The translations under genes and the position numbers were made by a program. The notes beneath the pieces are model-generated. The model did no database searches. It saw only the letters and a program-made list of their open reading frames with translations, and was not told the DNA's origin. From NCBI GenBank assembly GCA_018694835.1, contig JABHOG010000015.1, positions 7,362 to 71,361 of the forward strand: a stretch of DNA of 64,000 nt. Direction: 5' to 3'. This document shows, piece by piece, positions 36,220 through 45,919 of the stretch (position 1 is the stretch's first letter; each line of letters starts with the position of its first letter). Origin of the DNA: Planctomycetota bacterium (GTDB lineage Bacteria; Planctomycetota; UBA8108; UBA1146).

Positions 36220-37431
36220 CTAGGGTTGATCCGGGTGTGTCTGGGCACGTATCGGCCGGTGCTGCACCGAGGATGTTCCTCGTTGCAGTCCATCCGGATG
36301 GATCACCTCGACCGGTTTGCGTGCAAAGGAAATGACGACTCCGATTCCCATCAAGGTCACCACAATGGAAGTTCCGCCGAAGGAGATGAGGGGCAGTGGC
36401 ATACCGGTCACAGGTAACAGCCCGACCGTCACCGCCTGGTTGATGATGGCCTGCATTCCAATCTGAGTCGCCACACCCACAGCCACCAGCCGCCCGAAGG
36501 GATCGCGACAATTCCAGGCGACGCCCAGCATCGTCAACACCAGTACCAGGAATCCCAGCAGCACGGAGATGGTGCCAACCAGACCCCACTCTTCTCCAAT
36601 GACCGAGAATATGAAGTCGTTGTGATCCTCCGGCAAGTAGCCGAGATCGTGGTGACTGCCCAGGTGCAGGCCGCGCCCAGTCGGGCCGCCACTACCGATG
36701 GCGATGATCGATTGAGCCACCTGGTAACCACCAGCGGATTCCAGAGCGACTTCGCCAATTCCAAGATAGCTTTTGATTCGATCCTGCTGGTAATTAGTCA
36801 GTAGCGGCCAGCCGCAGCTACTCACCAACAGCAATGCGGTGACACCGAGAGCGATGAATTTTCGAGTGCTGATACCGCCAACCCAGAACATCGCAGCGAT
36901 GGTCGGAGCCAGGATCAAGGCTGTTCCAAGATCAGGCTGAGCCGCAATCATCAGAAAGGGGAGAGCGGCCATCGCCAGAACCTTGAGGAGACTCTTCCAC
37001 TGACGCAGGCGTTCGCCATTGCGAAGAAGTTGCGCGACCAGCAGGATGGTGGAGATCTTTGCCAACTCCGATGGCTGGAGACCAAATCCGCCGATTCGTA
37101 TCCAACGAACTACCCCTCCTTGGGCCCACTTCCACAGTAGTAGTAGTCCCAACAGACCTATGGTTCCCCAGAAGAATGCCGCCGAGTACTTCTCGAACTG
37201 CTTCGAAGGGATGCAGGAGAACGCCAACATCCCGGCCAGACCGACCAGTATTTTTTTCATGTGACTGCTGGAATAGGGGCCAGGAAATCCACCTTCAGGT
37301 CCATCTGCAGCGCTATGCACAAATATGGTACCGATGACCAACAACAACCCGGTGGTCAGGAGTAACAGCAAGGCAGGACCGATCCAGCCCTCCTTCCAGT
37401 CTCGGAGCCACGACTGGATCAGTGAAATCAT
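36220..37431 (-). CDS. rodA: Rod shape-determining SEDS glycosyltransferase RodA
   Basis: RWI.IGGFGLQPSELAK, QPDLGT, YQVAQS.IAIGSGG, LPEDHNDFIFS..GEEWG, PVTG.PLP.ISFGG; ATGA overlap with mrdA. Confidence 0.93.
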   Translation of the reverse strand: MISLIQSWLRDWKEGWIGPALLLLLTTGLLLVIGTIFVHSAADGPEGGFPGPYSSSHMKKILVGLAGMLAFSCIPSKQFEKYSAAFFWGTIGLLGLLLLWKWAQGGVVRWIRIGGFGLQPSELAKISTILLVAQLLRNGERLRQWKSLLKVLAMAALPFLMIAAQPDLGTALILAPTIAAMFWVGGISTRKFIALGVTALLLVSSCGWPLLTNYQQDRIKSYLGIGEVALESAGGYQVAQSIIAIGSGGPTGRGLHLGSHHDLGYLPEDHNDFIFSVIGEEWGLVGTISVLLGFLVLVLTMLGVAWNCRDPFGRLVAVGVATQIGMQAIINQAVTVGLLPVTGMPLPLISFGGTSIVVTLMGIGVVISFARKPVEVIHPDGLQRGTSSVQHRPIRAQTHPDQP

Positions 37432-39527
37432 CGGGACAGATCCCATCCACGTTGCTGCTCGAGCCGGTTGAGTATCTCGGAAAGGATAGGAGCGCATGCT
37501 TCACCACCTCCGAGAGCGACCTGTTGCACCGAAATCGCAAACGCTACTTTTGGCTGGACTACCGGTGCGAAACCGATCAACCAGGCATCATTAAGTGGCG
37601 ATTGTCCTCGCTTTGCTGTGCCCGTCTTGACAGCGACATCGTAAGTAGTCAATCCGTAGGATGGCTTGAATGCGGTCCCACCTCGGTCTCTGACAGCCGA
37701 CACCATTCCATCGATCACAGTTTCGAAGTGTTTCTGATCGATATCTGGTGCGGTCGATTCCCCGATGATCCCATCGATGATGCGGATTCCAGGTCCCTGG
37801 CCGCGACAGGCGATGGTGAGTGCGATCCTCGCCATTTGCAGAGGAGTGGTGGTAAAGCCACGACCGATGGCTGTCCCTGTCGGATTGGTGACGGGACGGA
37901 TGCCTGCCGATTCAGAAGCGATTCCACAGCCAGAGTTTCTCCATAATCCCAACTGCTCGCCACAGGCGACGATTCCTTCCACACCGAGACGTTGGCCCAT
38001 GGTGTAGAAAAAGACATTACAAGATCGCGCCAGTGCTGCAGAGAGATTCAACTCTATGCCGTGAGGGTGATTGTTGCAGCGATTTCTATTCGTCTGAGAC
38101 GGGTCGAGAATTCCGTTACAAAGGATCTTCTCATCCGCTGTGACGACTCCAGCCTGCAAGGCTGCCAGTGCCACCACTGTCTTGAATGTAGAGCCTGGGT
38201 CGATCGCCCACGCGCTGACGCGGTCGTGAAACCAGCCAGACTTCGATTGGCTTCTTTCGTCATATAGAGCTCGATCTCGATAGACTTCCATCCCCTGTGC
38301 CGGTAGGGAAGTCCAGCCGATCGCAGAACCATCGTCGACTTCCAGGATCACCACGGCTCCAAAATCGATGTCTCTTGAAACCAACAGATCTTGGCACCAG
38401 CGACTCAATGCGAAATCGACCGACAATTTGACGTCATCCCCGGCGCGAGCCCGAGCCACATGTAACGGATCCCCGACCGATCGCCGGAGATGGTCGAGGA
38501 TTCGCACCTCGGCTCCCGGTTGCCCACGGAGTCGCTGCTCCAGCACCGACTCCAGGCCGCTGCGACCCACTTGATCGGCGCTGTGATGGGAGAATTCTTG
38601 CAGGACCTCAAAGACTCGGAGGTCCCTGAGAACCAAACGATCGATGACGGGTTCGTCACGCTGCTTCCAACGATCCAGAACAGCCTGTGATGGCAATCCT
38701 GTGTGACCGAGAAGTTGCCCGAGGAAGGATCCGCCAGGATGCTCTCGATTCCGCACTTCTTCGAGATGGATTCCCGGCCAGTTCTCCGGATCGGTGCTGA
38801 TCTTGACGACAAGATGCGCTGGGACCGCATCTTGTAACGGGTGTCGCTGGTGCCGAAAAATCCACTCTCGCTCCTGGATGTCTCGCTCGGGATCTTGTAC
38901 CAGAGCATAGGCCTGTTCGACCTTATCCCACAGAGTACCTCGCTCCAGCTCGAGTTCTCGTTCCATCCTTCGAATCCCGATCTCCCCTGCAAACAACAGG
39001 TTGGGATCGATATAAATCGTGTAATCGTGGCCCTCATCGGTGACCACCACTCCTGGATAATCCTCCGGTCTCAATCGAACGGCACGTGCGACCTCCTGGC
39101 CGGTTTTCTGGTCGAGTTTGCGAAGCCATGGATGGTTCGCCATCTCTTCGACGATACCGAACTGGTGGCGTAATGAGGAACGTGCCCCTTGAAGTGAGTT
39201 CCACAGTGCCGCTTCATCCCACGGAAACTTGGAGTTCACTCCATGAACTTTTTTGGCCAGTCGCCTGGCCACCCAGCGCACTGGTTCCAGTTCAGAGAGA
39301 AGGAAGGAAGCTCGAACCACCGGGATATCGCACGCCAGGACGATTCCACGAGAATCGAGAATCCGCCCACGAGGGGCGGGGAAGTAACGAATCGATCGAT
39401 GCATGCTGGAAGCTCGAAGAGCGTGCTCACGCCACTCTAGACCCTGCAACACCACTAACCTCGACCCGATTCCTGCGGTCAGCAGGATCAGCAGGGTTGC
39501 GATGAACAGAATCCGAACTCGTTGCAT
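37428..39527 (-). CDS. mrdA: Penicillin-binding protein 2 (class B transpeptidase)
   Basis: APRG.ILD, VG.SGLE; intact SxxK (PGSTFK), SxN (SCN) and KTG motifs; operon position. Confidence 0.9.
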   Translation of the reverse strand: MQRVRILFIATLLILLTAGIGSRLVVLQGLEWREHALRASSMHRSIRYFPAPRGRILDSRGIVLACDIPVVRASFLLSELEPVRWVARRLAKKVHGVNSKFPWDEAALWNSLQGARSSLRHQFGIVEEMANHPWLRKLDQKTGQEVARAVRLRPEDYPGVVVTDEGHDYTIYIDPNLLFAGEIGIRRMERELELERGTLWDKVEQAYALVQDPERDIQEREWIFRHQRHPLQDAVPAHLVVKISTDPENWPGIHLEEVRNREHPGGSFLGQLLGHTGLPSQAVLDRWKQRDEPVIDRLVLRDLRVFEVLQEFSHHSADQVGRSGLESVLEQRLRGQPGAEVRILDHLRRSVGDPLHVARARAGDDVKLSVDFALSRWCQDLLVSRDIDFGAVVILEVDDGSAIGWTSLPAQGMEVYRDRALYDERSQSKSGWFHDRVSAWAIDPGSTFKTVVALAALQAGVVTADEKILCNGILDPSQTNRNRCNNHPHGIELNLSAALARSCNVFFYTMGQRLGVEGIVACGEQLGLWRNSGCGIASESAGIRPVTNPTGTAIGRGFTTTPLQMARIALTIACRGQGPGIRIIDGIIGESTAPDIDQKHFETVIDGMVSAVRDRGGTAFKPSYGLTTYDVAVKTGTAKRGQSPLNDAWLIGFAPVVQPKVAFAISVQQVALGGGEACAPILSEILNRLEQQRGWDLSR

Positions 39528-39548
39528 GGATACCTTTCAAAACAAAAA

Positions 39549-40028
39549 TCAAAGGGGGAATCGAGCACTTCGCAACAGTGGGGTGGTCAGATCCAGTACT
39601 GGAAATAACAACGCTACGAAAAGTGCCACAACCCAACAACTCTGAAACACAAAACTGATCGTAGGAAGGTTGCCCGCCAGAACGAACTCCTGAAGGACTG
39701 CCCCCAACAGCAGCGCTGGAATCACAATCTGGAACCGTTTCCATGGATGATATGGATCCAACAACTGTCGTAACCCACGAACCGCAATCAGCACCAACAG
39801 GAGTGGAGCCAGCACTTCCAGAGGGGTAGAAATCCCACCGTACAAACGGTAGATACAGATGACTGAGAGAACCACGACGATTCTCGGCCAGCGATCGACC
39901 AGTGCAAACCAGACCAGCAGGATCAACAACGGATCCGCCACTGCAGCGGTTTTCACCATGAGCGGTCGAAAGGCCCCGGTGGTAAAGATGGTCAATACCA
40001 GGATGATGGTGAACCAACCCACCTTCAT
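39549..40028 (-). CDS. mreD: MreD-like multi-pass membrane protein
   Basis: 159 aa, about five hydrophobic segments, lies between mreC and mrdA. Confidence 0.7.
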   Translation of the reverse strand: MKVGWFTIILVLTIFTTGAFRPLMVKTAAVADPLLILLVWFALVDRWPRIVVVLSVICIYRLYGGISTPLEVLAPLLLVLIAVRGLRQLLDPYHPWKRFQIVIPALLLGAVLQEFVLAGNLPTISFVFQSCWVVALFVALLFPVLDLTTPLLRSARFPL

Positions 40029-40735
40029 CGCGTATCCAATCGGGTCATTGGAGTCAGGATCAAAACTTCCTGTCCTTGATGAAGAGTGGAGGTGGGTCGA
40101 ATCACGGTGTCGCGAAATGGGATTCTCACTTCAGAGACGATCCCGACCACCAGTCCTTCCGGAAAGGTGCCGCCTCCTCCATGGGTTCTGACGACCATAC
40201 TCTTGTCCAACTTTACCGGGTCGATTCTCAAGCGAGGATGACCCTGGCCGCGATCGGGCCCGCCGGCGTAGATAGCCAATCGACCATCTTCATCGATAAA
40301 GGGGATGACGAAGGCTGGATCGTCCGCCAGTTGAACGAGGCTCCAACCCGGTCCGGTGGAGATGATCTTGCCGATTACCCCTGCCGCCCCAATCACACCC
40401 ATTCCTGCAGTCAGGCCCGTCTCTGATCCACGATCAAGACGTGCCACCGATCTTCGTGGATGCGGATCATTGTGCGGACTCATTCGCGCTGGAACCAGTT
40501 GGAAGAGAGATCCTACGAAATTCGCAGAAAGGAAACGATCGAGTAAACCCTGGCGATCGAGTATTGCCAGTTCCTCTGTCTCGGAAATGAGGGAGTGTTG
40601 AAGCGCTTGCTCCAGCAGTTGACGGTGAACATCTACTGATCCAGAGGAAGAAACGAGTGGCTGAAGTCCGTAGCCGATCAAGGCGAGGACTAACCAGCAA
40701 CCGATCGCCCAGTAAGCGCGCTCGATGCGCTTCAC
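40025..40735 (-). CDS. mreC: Rod shape-determining protein MreC
   Basis: LDRGS..GL..GM.V....GVIGKI and T.G.GG.FP.GL.VG.V motifs; follows mreB. Confidence 0.85.
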   Translation of the reverse strand: MKRIERAYWAIGCWLVLALIGYGLQPLVSSSGSVDVHRQLLEQALQHSLISETEELAILDRQGLLDRFLSANFVGSLFQLVPARMSPHNDPHPRRSVARLDRGSETGLTAGMGVIGAAGVIGKIISTGPGWSLVQLADDPAFVIPFIDEDGRLAIYAGGPDRGQGHPRLRIDPVKLDKSMVVRTHGGGGTFPEGLVVGIVSEVRIPFRDTVIRPTSTLHQGQEVLILTPMTRLDTR

Positions 40736-40767
40736 ATCACTCCCGTTCGATTCCGTCGAGGCGGATT

Positions 40768-41841
40768 CTAGAAATCGTCCTCGATGGAGTCGAGGACAGA
40801 AGAATACTCATCTAGTTTTTCCAGAAAAATTGCCGTCCCTCTGGCAACACAGGTTAATGGGTCGTCAGCAACGCGGACAGGCAATCCGGTAGCCTTACGG
40901 ATCTTCTCATCGAGTCCTCGTAGCAGGACTCCTCCGCCACAAAGTACGATTCCACGCTCGACCAGATCTGCACACAACTCGGGATCCGTTTTCTCAAGTG
41001 AGGATTTGATCCCTTCGATAATCTGGTCCACCGGAGGTTGGAGCGCCTCGCGAATTTCTTCGCTGGTGATCCGGGTACTGCGCGGAAGGTTGCCGATCAA
41101 ATCTCGACCTTTGACCTCCATCTCGAGTTCAACTTCGAGTGGGTACGCCGATCCGATCTTGATCTTGATCTGCTCCGAAGTCAGTGGCCCGACCAGAATG
41201 TTATAGGTGTCTTTGATGTACTTGACGATCGCCTCGTCCATATCGTCACCTGCGACTCGCAGCGAAACACTGGTCACGACATCCGCCAGCGAGAGCACGG
41301 CGATCTCTGTGGTTCCGCCACCGACATCGACCACCATGCTGGCGATCGGCTCCTCGATGGGAAGCCCTGCACCGAGTCCTGCTGCGCGAGGCTCTTCGAC
41401 CAGGTAGACCTTCCTGGCTCCAGCCCGTTCGGCAGAATTGTAAACCGCACGTTTCTCGACTGCAGTGATGCCGCTGGGAACAGCGATGACCACGCGGGGG
41501 CTGAAGAAGCGAGATCGATTCTGAACCTTCCTGATGAAGTACTTCAACATCGCTTCGGTGATCTCAAAATCTGCGATCACACCGTCTCGAAGAGGTCTCA
41601 CGGCTTCGATGGAGGTGGGGGTTCTTCCCATCATCTCCTTGGCGACACTACCGACCGCTCGCCCATTGAGGAGAACCTGGTTGCTGCCGGCCTTGACCGC
41701 CACTACCGAAGGCTCATTGATGACGATTCCACGCCCACGAACACATACCAGTGTGTTGGCAGTTCCAAGATCAATCCCTAGATCGGTGGAAAACCGACCC
41801 ACCAGGGAGTTCATCCAAGTGTGTGCTGTTCGAAATACCAA
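40768..41841 (-). CDS. mreB: Rod shape-determining actin MreB
   Basis: DLGIDLGTANTLV, NEPSVVA, RPLRDGVIADF, ITAVEKRAV, VVDVGGGTTEIAV; GAGGAG RBS. Confidence 0.98.
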   Translation of the reverse strand: MVFRTAHTWMNSLVGRFSTDLGIDLGTANTLVCVRGRGIVINEPSVVAVKAGSNQVLLNGRAVGSVAKEMMGRTPTSIEAVRPLRDGVIADFEITEAMLKYFIRKVQNRSRFFSPRVVIAVPSGITAVEKRAVYNSAERAGARKVYLVEEPRAAGLGAGLPIEEPIASMVVDVGGGTTEIAVLSLADVVTSVSLRVAGDDMDEAIVKYIKDTYNILVGPLTSEQIKIKIGSAYPLEVELEMEVKGRDLIGNLPRSTRITSEEIREALQPPVDQIIEGIKSSLEKTDPELCADLVERGIVLCGGGVLLRGLDEKIRKATGLPVRVADDPLTCVARGTAIFLEKLDEYSSVLDSIEDDF

Positions 41842-42107
41842 GAGTTATACTCCTCGCCCATCTCCGCAGTGAACGGTCTCACCAATTCTGCGGAAACGAT
41901 TCCCCTTGAGGACCACGGTCCTCAATCTTGATTGAACTCTTGTGAAGTGCAGATGCGCCTTCCGGGCGATCCTTCCACGGTATTGCACCGTGGACAAGAG
42001 TTCGTTGCTGCTCCATAGGGCATTCTACGCAGGGTTTCTCTGAGAGGCGAGGGGAGACTGAAAAGAACCGTGACCAGTTCCCAGACTCCGGGGTGCTTCC
42101 GCCTGTG

Positions 42108-42143
42108 AAAAAAGGCCTGCTTCCCGAACGGGAAGCAGGCCTT
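42108..42143 (-). terminator. Intrinsic terminator
   Basis: 14-bp stem AAGGCCTGCTTCCC/GGGAAGCAGGCCTT with U tract on the minus strand. Confidence 0.85.
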
Positions 42144-42193
42144 AATTCGAAGTCAACAATTCGAAGTCATCCACACGGCACTGGATCCGGTGA

Positions 42194-42436
42194 TTACCCT
42201 TCATCCGGGAGTTCAACTCCCGCGAGCAGGGCATTGGCCTTATCTGTGGTGTGCTTCAGTGCTGTATTTTCCCACGATTTCGCACTGGTGGTGGCGGTCT
42301 TGCCTGGAATCGTTAACTCCCGCAAGCGCATCCCCAGCAGAGTCGAAGCCAGGATCAGACAAACCACCGAAATGGCCAGCAAACTGGTCGCCAGTGGGCT
42401 TGCATCCTTGCGTTCTACGATCGGTTGATCATACAT
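42194..42436 (-). CDS. Small single-TM hypothetical protein
   Basis: 80 aa, one hydrophobic helix, GGAAGGGG RBS, co-directional with the upstream coiled-coil gene. Confidence 0.65.
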   Translation of the reverse strand: MYDQPIVERKDASPLATSLLAISVVCLILASTLLGMRLRELTIPGKTATTSAKSWENTALKHTTDKANALLAGVELPDEG

Positions 42437-42448
42437 GTGAGCCCCTTC

Positions 42449-43300
42449 CTAACCGGACAGACGTGTCGAGGCCTTGTGTCCCTCACGAATGCCGGAGCCC
42501 TCCTGGAACAGGATGGTGCAACCGGACATATCGTCAAGAACCTTGGTGACCTGGACTTTGCCAATGAAGCGATCGCCATCGTAAATGGTGAACTCATAGC
42601 CGATCTCGACGTTATCGTCTTTACCGACCGAGAGGACCACGACCCCTTCCTGAACACCGACGACCATTCCGTCGATCGGAGGCGCTGTGGTCACTCCGAT
42701 ATCGGGAAGACGGACACCGGAGTCGACAATCCGGGAGATCAGAAGCTGTTGATCATCATAATCTTGCTTGAGCGCAGTCAGCTCCTTGTTGAGAGCTTCC
42801 GTCTGCTGAGCCAGTTGCTCCTTGTCGAGCAAAGCACGGTTGCGTAGACGCTCCGCCAACTTCTTTGCTTCTCCTGCGGAGTCGATTTCACTGCTAAGGC
42901 GAGTGATCTCTTCCTCGAGGCGAGCGATATTGGAATCCTTGTCCTGGATATGCTCATCCTTCTGGGAGATCCGGGAATCCAGATCGTCGATTTTGGTCTC
43001 GAGCCTCGCGGTATCCTTGCGAAGATCCCCATTGTCGTTCTGAAGAGTAGTCACCTGGGTACCGAGTTGCTCGGCTTCACTCTTCAGCGACACGTTGTCG
43101 CGACTCTTACTATCGAGTTGCCCTTGCAACTCACTCTTCATCGTCTTGGCCTTGCTGAAAGTCTCTTCATGAGCCTGTTGGGCTTTCTCGGCGGCACCTT
43201 TCCAGTCCTTCTGGGACTGGAACAAGGTTGCACTGACACCGAGGAAAAAGAGTGCAAGGACGAGATTGATCACCACGAAAAACTTGGCGAGCCCACTCAT
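42449..43300 (-). CDS. Membrane-anchored long coiled-coil protein with C-terminal beta domain
   Basis: TM FFVVINLVLALFFLGVSA, about 170 aa heptad-rich segment, then V.LSVG.DD.V..G.EF.IY. Confidence 0.85.
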   Translation of the reverse strand: MSGLAKFFVVINLVLALFFLGVSATLFQSQKDWKGAAEKAQQAHEETFSKAKTMKSELQGQLDSKSRDNVSLKSEAEQLGTQVTTLQNDNGDLRKDTARLETKIDDLDSRISQKDEHIQDKDSNIARLEEEITRLSSEIDSAGEAKKLAERLRNRALLDKEQLAQQTEALNKELTALKQDYDDQQLLISRIVDSGVRLPDIGVTTAPPIDGMVVGVQEGVVVLSVGKDDNVEIGYEFTIYDGDRFIGKVQVTKVLDDMSGCTILFQEGSGIREGHKASTRLSG

Positions 43301-43613
43301 CTCCAGTTCCTTCCGTTCGGGATGATCCTTGGAGTTCCGGAACTGTTCCGAAATGACCGCTGGATCGGCGGGGATACCGCCTCCCATAACACATCTCCTC
43401 GATCGCTAGCCCGTCTCCCCGAGGCTTACGATGATTTTCAGATCACCGTTCGACGACCGATTTGAGTATTCCATTAATTTGACGAACAGTCCCGGCATTG
43501 ATCACCGCGACTCTTCCACAACTGGCAAATCTGCTTTCAGATCTGACTCCCGACCTCAAACCGTTCTTCACTTGAGCCTCCTCCGGGAGAGAGGAAGCGA
43601 TCGATAGAACCTG

Positions 43614-43634
43614 CCACTGACATTCCACTGACAT
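43614..43634. repeat. Tandem direct repeat CCACTGACAT x2, 11-bp period
   Basis: CCACTGACAT-T-CCACTGACAT in a divergent intergenic region. Confidence 0.6.
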
Positions 43635-43838
43635 CGGTTCCATCGCAAGCGAGCAAGCGATTGGATTCCAAGTGGGACATGATATCTGTCTCTTTCCGGG
43701 GGGTCAAGTTCCCCCGAGACAGCTTCCGAGCAGATTTGATTCGACCCAGCCCGGCTTCCCGGACCTCCTCTGGTGCTCCAGATCGGTGGCGAACGGCCCC
43801 CCTCTCCCGTAGCATTCCCGCGAGGCAGGAGGGTCTCC

Positions 43839-44465
43839 GTGTTTACTGGAATCGTCGAGCGTAGCTCCAGAATTCTCAATTTGACCACCACCCCACAGGG
43901 ACGGCGGTTGACTGTCAGTTCTCGCCCAGAAACCTCCACCAGTGGGGATCTGTCGCCGTGGGGAGATCTGGTCCCTGGGGAGAGTATCAGTGTCGACGGG
44001 GCTTGCCTGACCCTGTTACCCGAGGCCAAAGAACTCCAGTTCGACGTGGTGGAGGAGACGCTGCGGCGCACCGTCCTCGGCACCAGAGTGGTCGATTCCG
44101 TCGTCAATCTGGAGCGAGCCTTGAAGGTGGGGGATCGACTGGGAGGCCATTATGTCACTGGCCACATCGACACCCTGGGTACCATCCGCTCCATCCAGTC
44201 GGATGGGGAGACCTGCTGGATTATCGAACACGATCGATCTTCACGATTTCGTACCGTCGAAAAGGGTTCCGTGACCGTCGATGGGGTCAGTTTGACCGTC
44301 GCCAGTAGTAGCGACGACTCCTTCTCCGTGGCGTTGATTCCTCATACTCTCGCGGTCACCTCCCTCGGCCAACGTGACGTGGGGGATGTGGTCAATCTCG
44401 AGATGGACCATTTCGGCCGCTGGGTCGATGAATTGCACCGTGATCGACAGGGAGACTCCTCATGA
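43839..44465 (+). CDS. ribE: Riboflavin synthase alpha chain
   Basis: GTG start giving MFTGIV, GESISVDGACLT, VNLERAL, GGHYVTGHID, KGSVTVDGVSLT. Confidence 0.96.
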   Translation: MFTGIVERSSRILNLTTTPQGRRLTVSSRPETSTSGDLSPWGDLVPGESISVDGACLTLLPEAKELQFDVVEETLRRTVLGTRVVDSVVNLERALKVGDRLGGHYVTGHIDTLGTIRSIQSDGETCWIIEHDRSSRFRTVEKGSVTVDGVSLTVASSSDDSFSVALIPHTLAVTSLGQRDVGDVVNLEMDHFGRWVDELHRDRQGDSS

Positions 44466-45919
44466 CCGATGGCTCCGTCAGAGCACGCATTGCTCCTAGC
44501 CCCACCGGAGATCCCCATGTGGGAACCGCTTACGTGGCACTGTTCAATCGCACTCTGGCACGTCAGACCGGAGGCCAGTTCCTGCTGCGCATCGATGACA
44601 CTGATCGCACCCGCTATCAGGCCAGTAGCGAGCAGAAGATCTTCGATGCCTTGCGCTGGCTCGGCCTCGACTGGGATGAAGGACCGGACATCGGTGGTCC
44701 CTGTGCTCCCTATCGCCAGAGTGAGCGTAACGCCATCTACCAGCAAAAGGTCGATCACCTGCTGGAGAGTGGCAGTGCCTATCGCTGCTTTTGCAGCGCA
44801 GAAACTCTTGCCAAGGCGCGGGAAAAGCAGAAACAGGACAAGATGCGACTGGGCTATCCTGGGACCTGTCGTGATCTGGATCGGGTCGAGGCCAACCAGA
44901 GAGCTGCCAAAGATGAGCCTCATGTCATCCGTTTGCGAGTTCCGGCGGAGGGAGAGACCTCCTTCGTCGATCAGATTCGTGGAGAGATTCGCGTCGCCAA
45001 CTCCGAGATCGATGATCAGGTCCTGATCAAGACTGACGGATTCCCCACCTACCACCTGGCCAATGTGGTCGATGATATCGAATTCGGGATCACCCACGTG
45101 GTTCGAGCGGAGGAGTGGCTGATTTCGACTCCCAAACACGTGTTGATCTACCAGGCTCTGGATCACCCATTACCGAGGTTTTTCCATGTACCACTGCTGA
45201 GAAATGCCGATCATTCAAAGATCTCCAAACGCAAAAATCCGGTCAGCCTCGACTGGTTTCGTGAGCAGGGTTACCTGAAGGAGGCGATTCTCAATTTCCT
45301 CGCATTGATGGGTTGGTCACCCCCCGATGAAGAAGAGGTCTTTGACCTCGATCGATTCCAGCAAGAATTCAATATCGAAAAGATCTCTACCGGTGCTCCA
45401 GTCTTCGATCTGGTGAAACTGGACTGGATCAACGGAATGCACATCCGCAGGATGGAACCGCAGGTGTTGTTGAAGCGCCTTGCGGATGAAGGATTCCTCC
45501 CTCCAGCAGTGTCGCAAGAAGATGCAGCAACGATCTTGCCGCTGGTCACAGAAAGAATGGTGCGGCTGGCTGAATTCAGTGACCGAACCGACTGGTACTT
45601 CGGAGACCCAATAGCCCCCAGTTCCGACCAACTGATCCCCAAGAAGGGCACACGCGAGACTTCTCTCTGCGCCCTCGAAGGCTCTCGCGAGTTGTTTGCA
45701 GAGATTTCGCCATTCGAGCCCGCCGCCATCGAGGCGGCTCTCGCACAACTCCTCGACCAGCACTCATTGAAGAAACCGCAGTTGTTCATGCCGCTACGCT
45801 GGGCTTTGACCTCTCGGCAGGATTCACCCGATCTCATCGAGGTGATCGCTGTGCTTGGTAAGGATCGATCGATCGAGAGGATCCAGCGTGCTCTGGAGAT
45901 CCTGGTGACCGCTCCTTGA
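44462..45919 (+). CDS. gltX: Glutamate--tRNA ligase
   Basis: RIAPSPTGDPHVG, PYRQSER, PTYHLANVVDD, KISKR. Confidence 0.96.
   Translation: MTDGSVRARIAPSPTGDPHVGTAYVALFNRTLARQTGGQFLLRIDDTDRTRYQASSEQKIFDALRWLGLDWDEGPDIGGPCAPYRQSERNAIYQQKVDHLLESGSAYRCFCSAETLAKAREKQKQDKMRLGYPGTCRDLDRVEANQRAAKDEPHVIRLRVPAEGETSFVDQIRGEIRVANSEIDDQVLIKTDGFPTYHLANVVDDIEFGITHVVRAEEWLISTPKHVLIYQALDHPLPRFFHVPLLRNADHSKISKRKNPVSLDWFREQGYLKEAILNFLALMGWSPPDEEEVFDLDRFQQEFNIEKISTGAPVFDLVKLDWINGMHIRRMEPQVLLKRLADEGFLPPAVSQEDAATILPLVTERMVRLAEFSDRTDWYFGDPIAPSSDQLIPKKGTRETSLCALEGSRELFAEISPFEPAAIEAALAQLLDQHSLKKPQLFMPLRWALTSRQDSPDLIEVIAVLGKDRSIERIQRALEILVTAP

Noticed and set aside
42144-42169. AATTCGAAGTCA direct repeat next to a terminator
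   Set aside because: Lies in a 3' UTR with no associated mobile element; most likely a local duplication
43390-43838. FMN riboswitch upstream of ribE
   Set aside because: The conserved RFN motifs (e.g. AGGGC.GGGTGAAA.TCCC.ACCG) are not present
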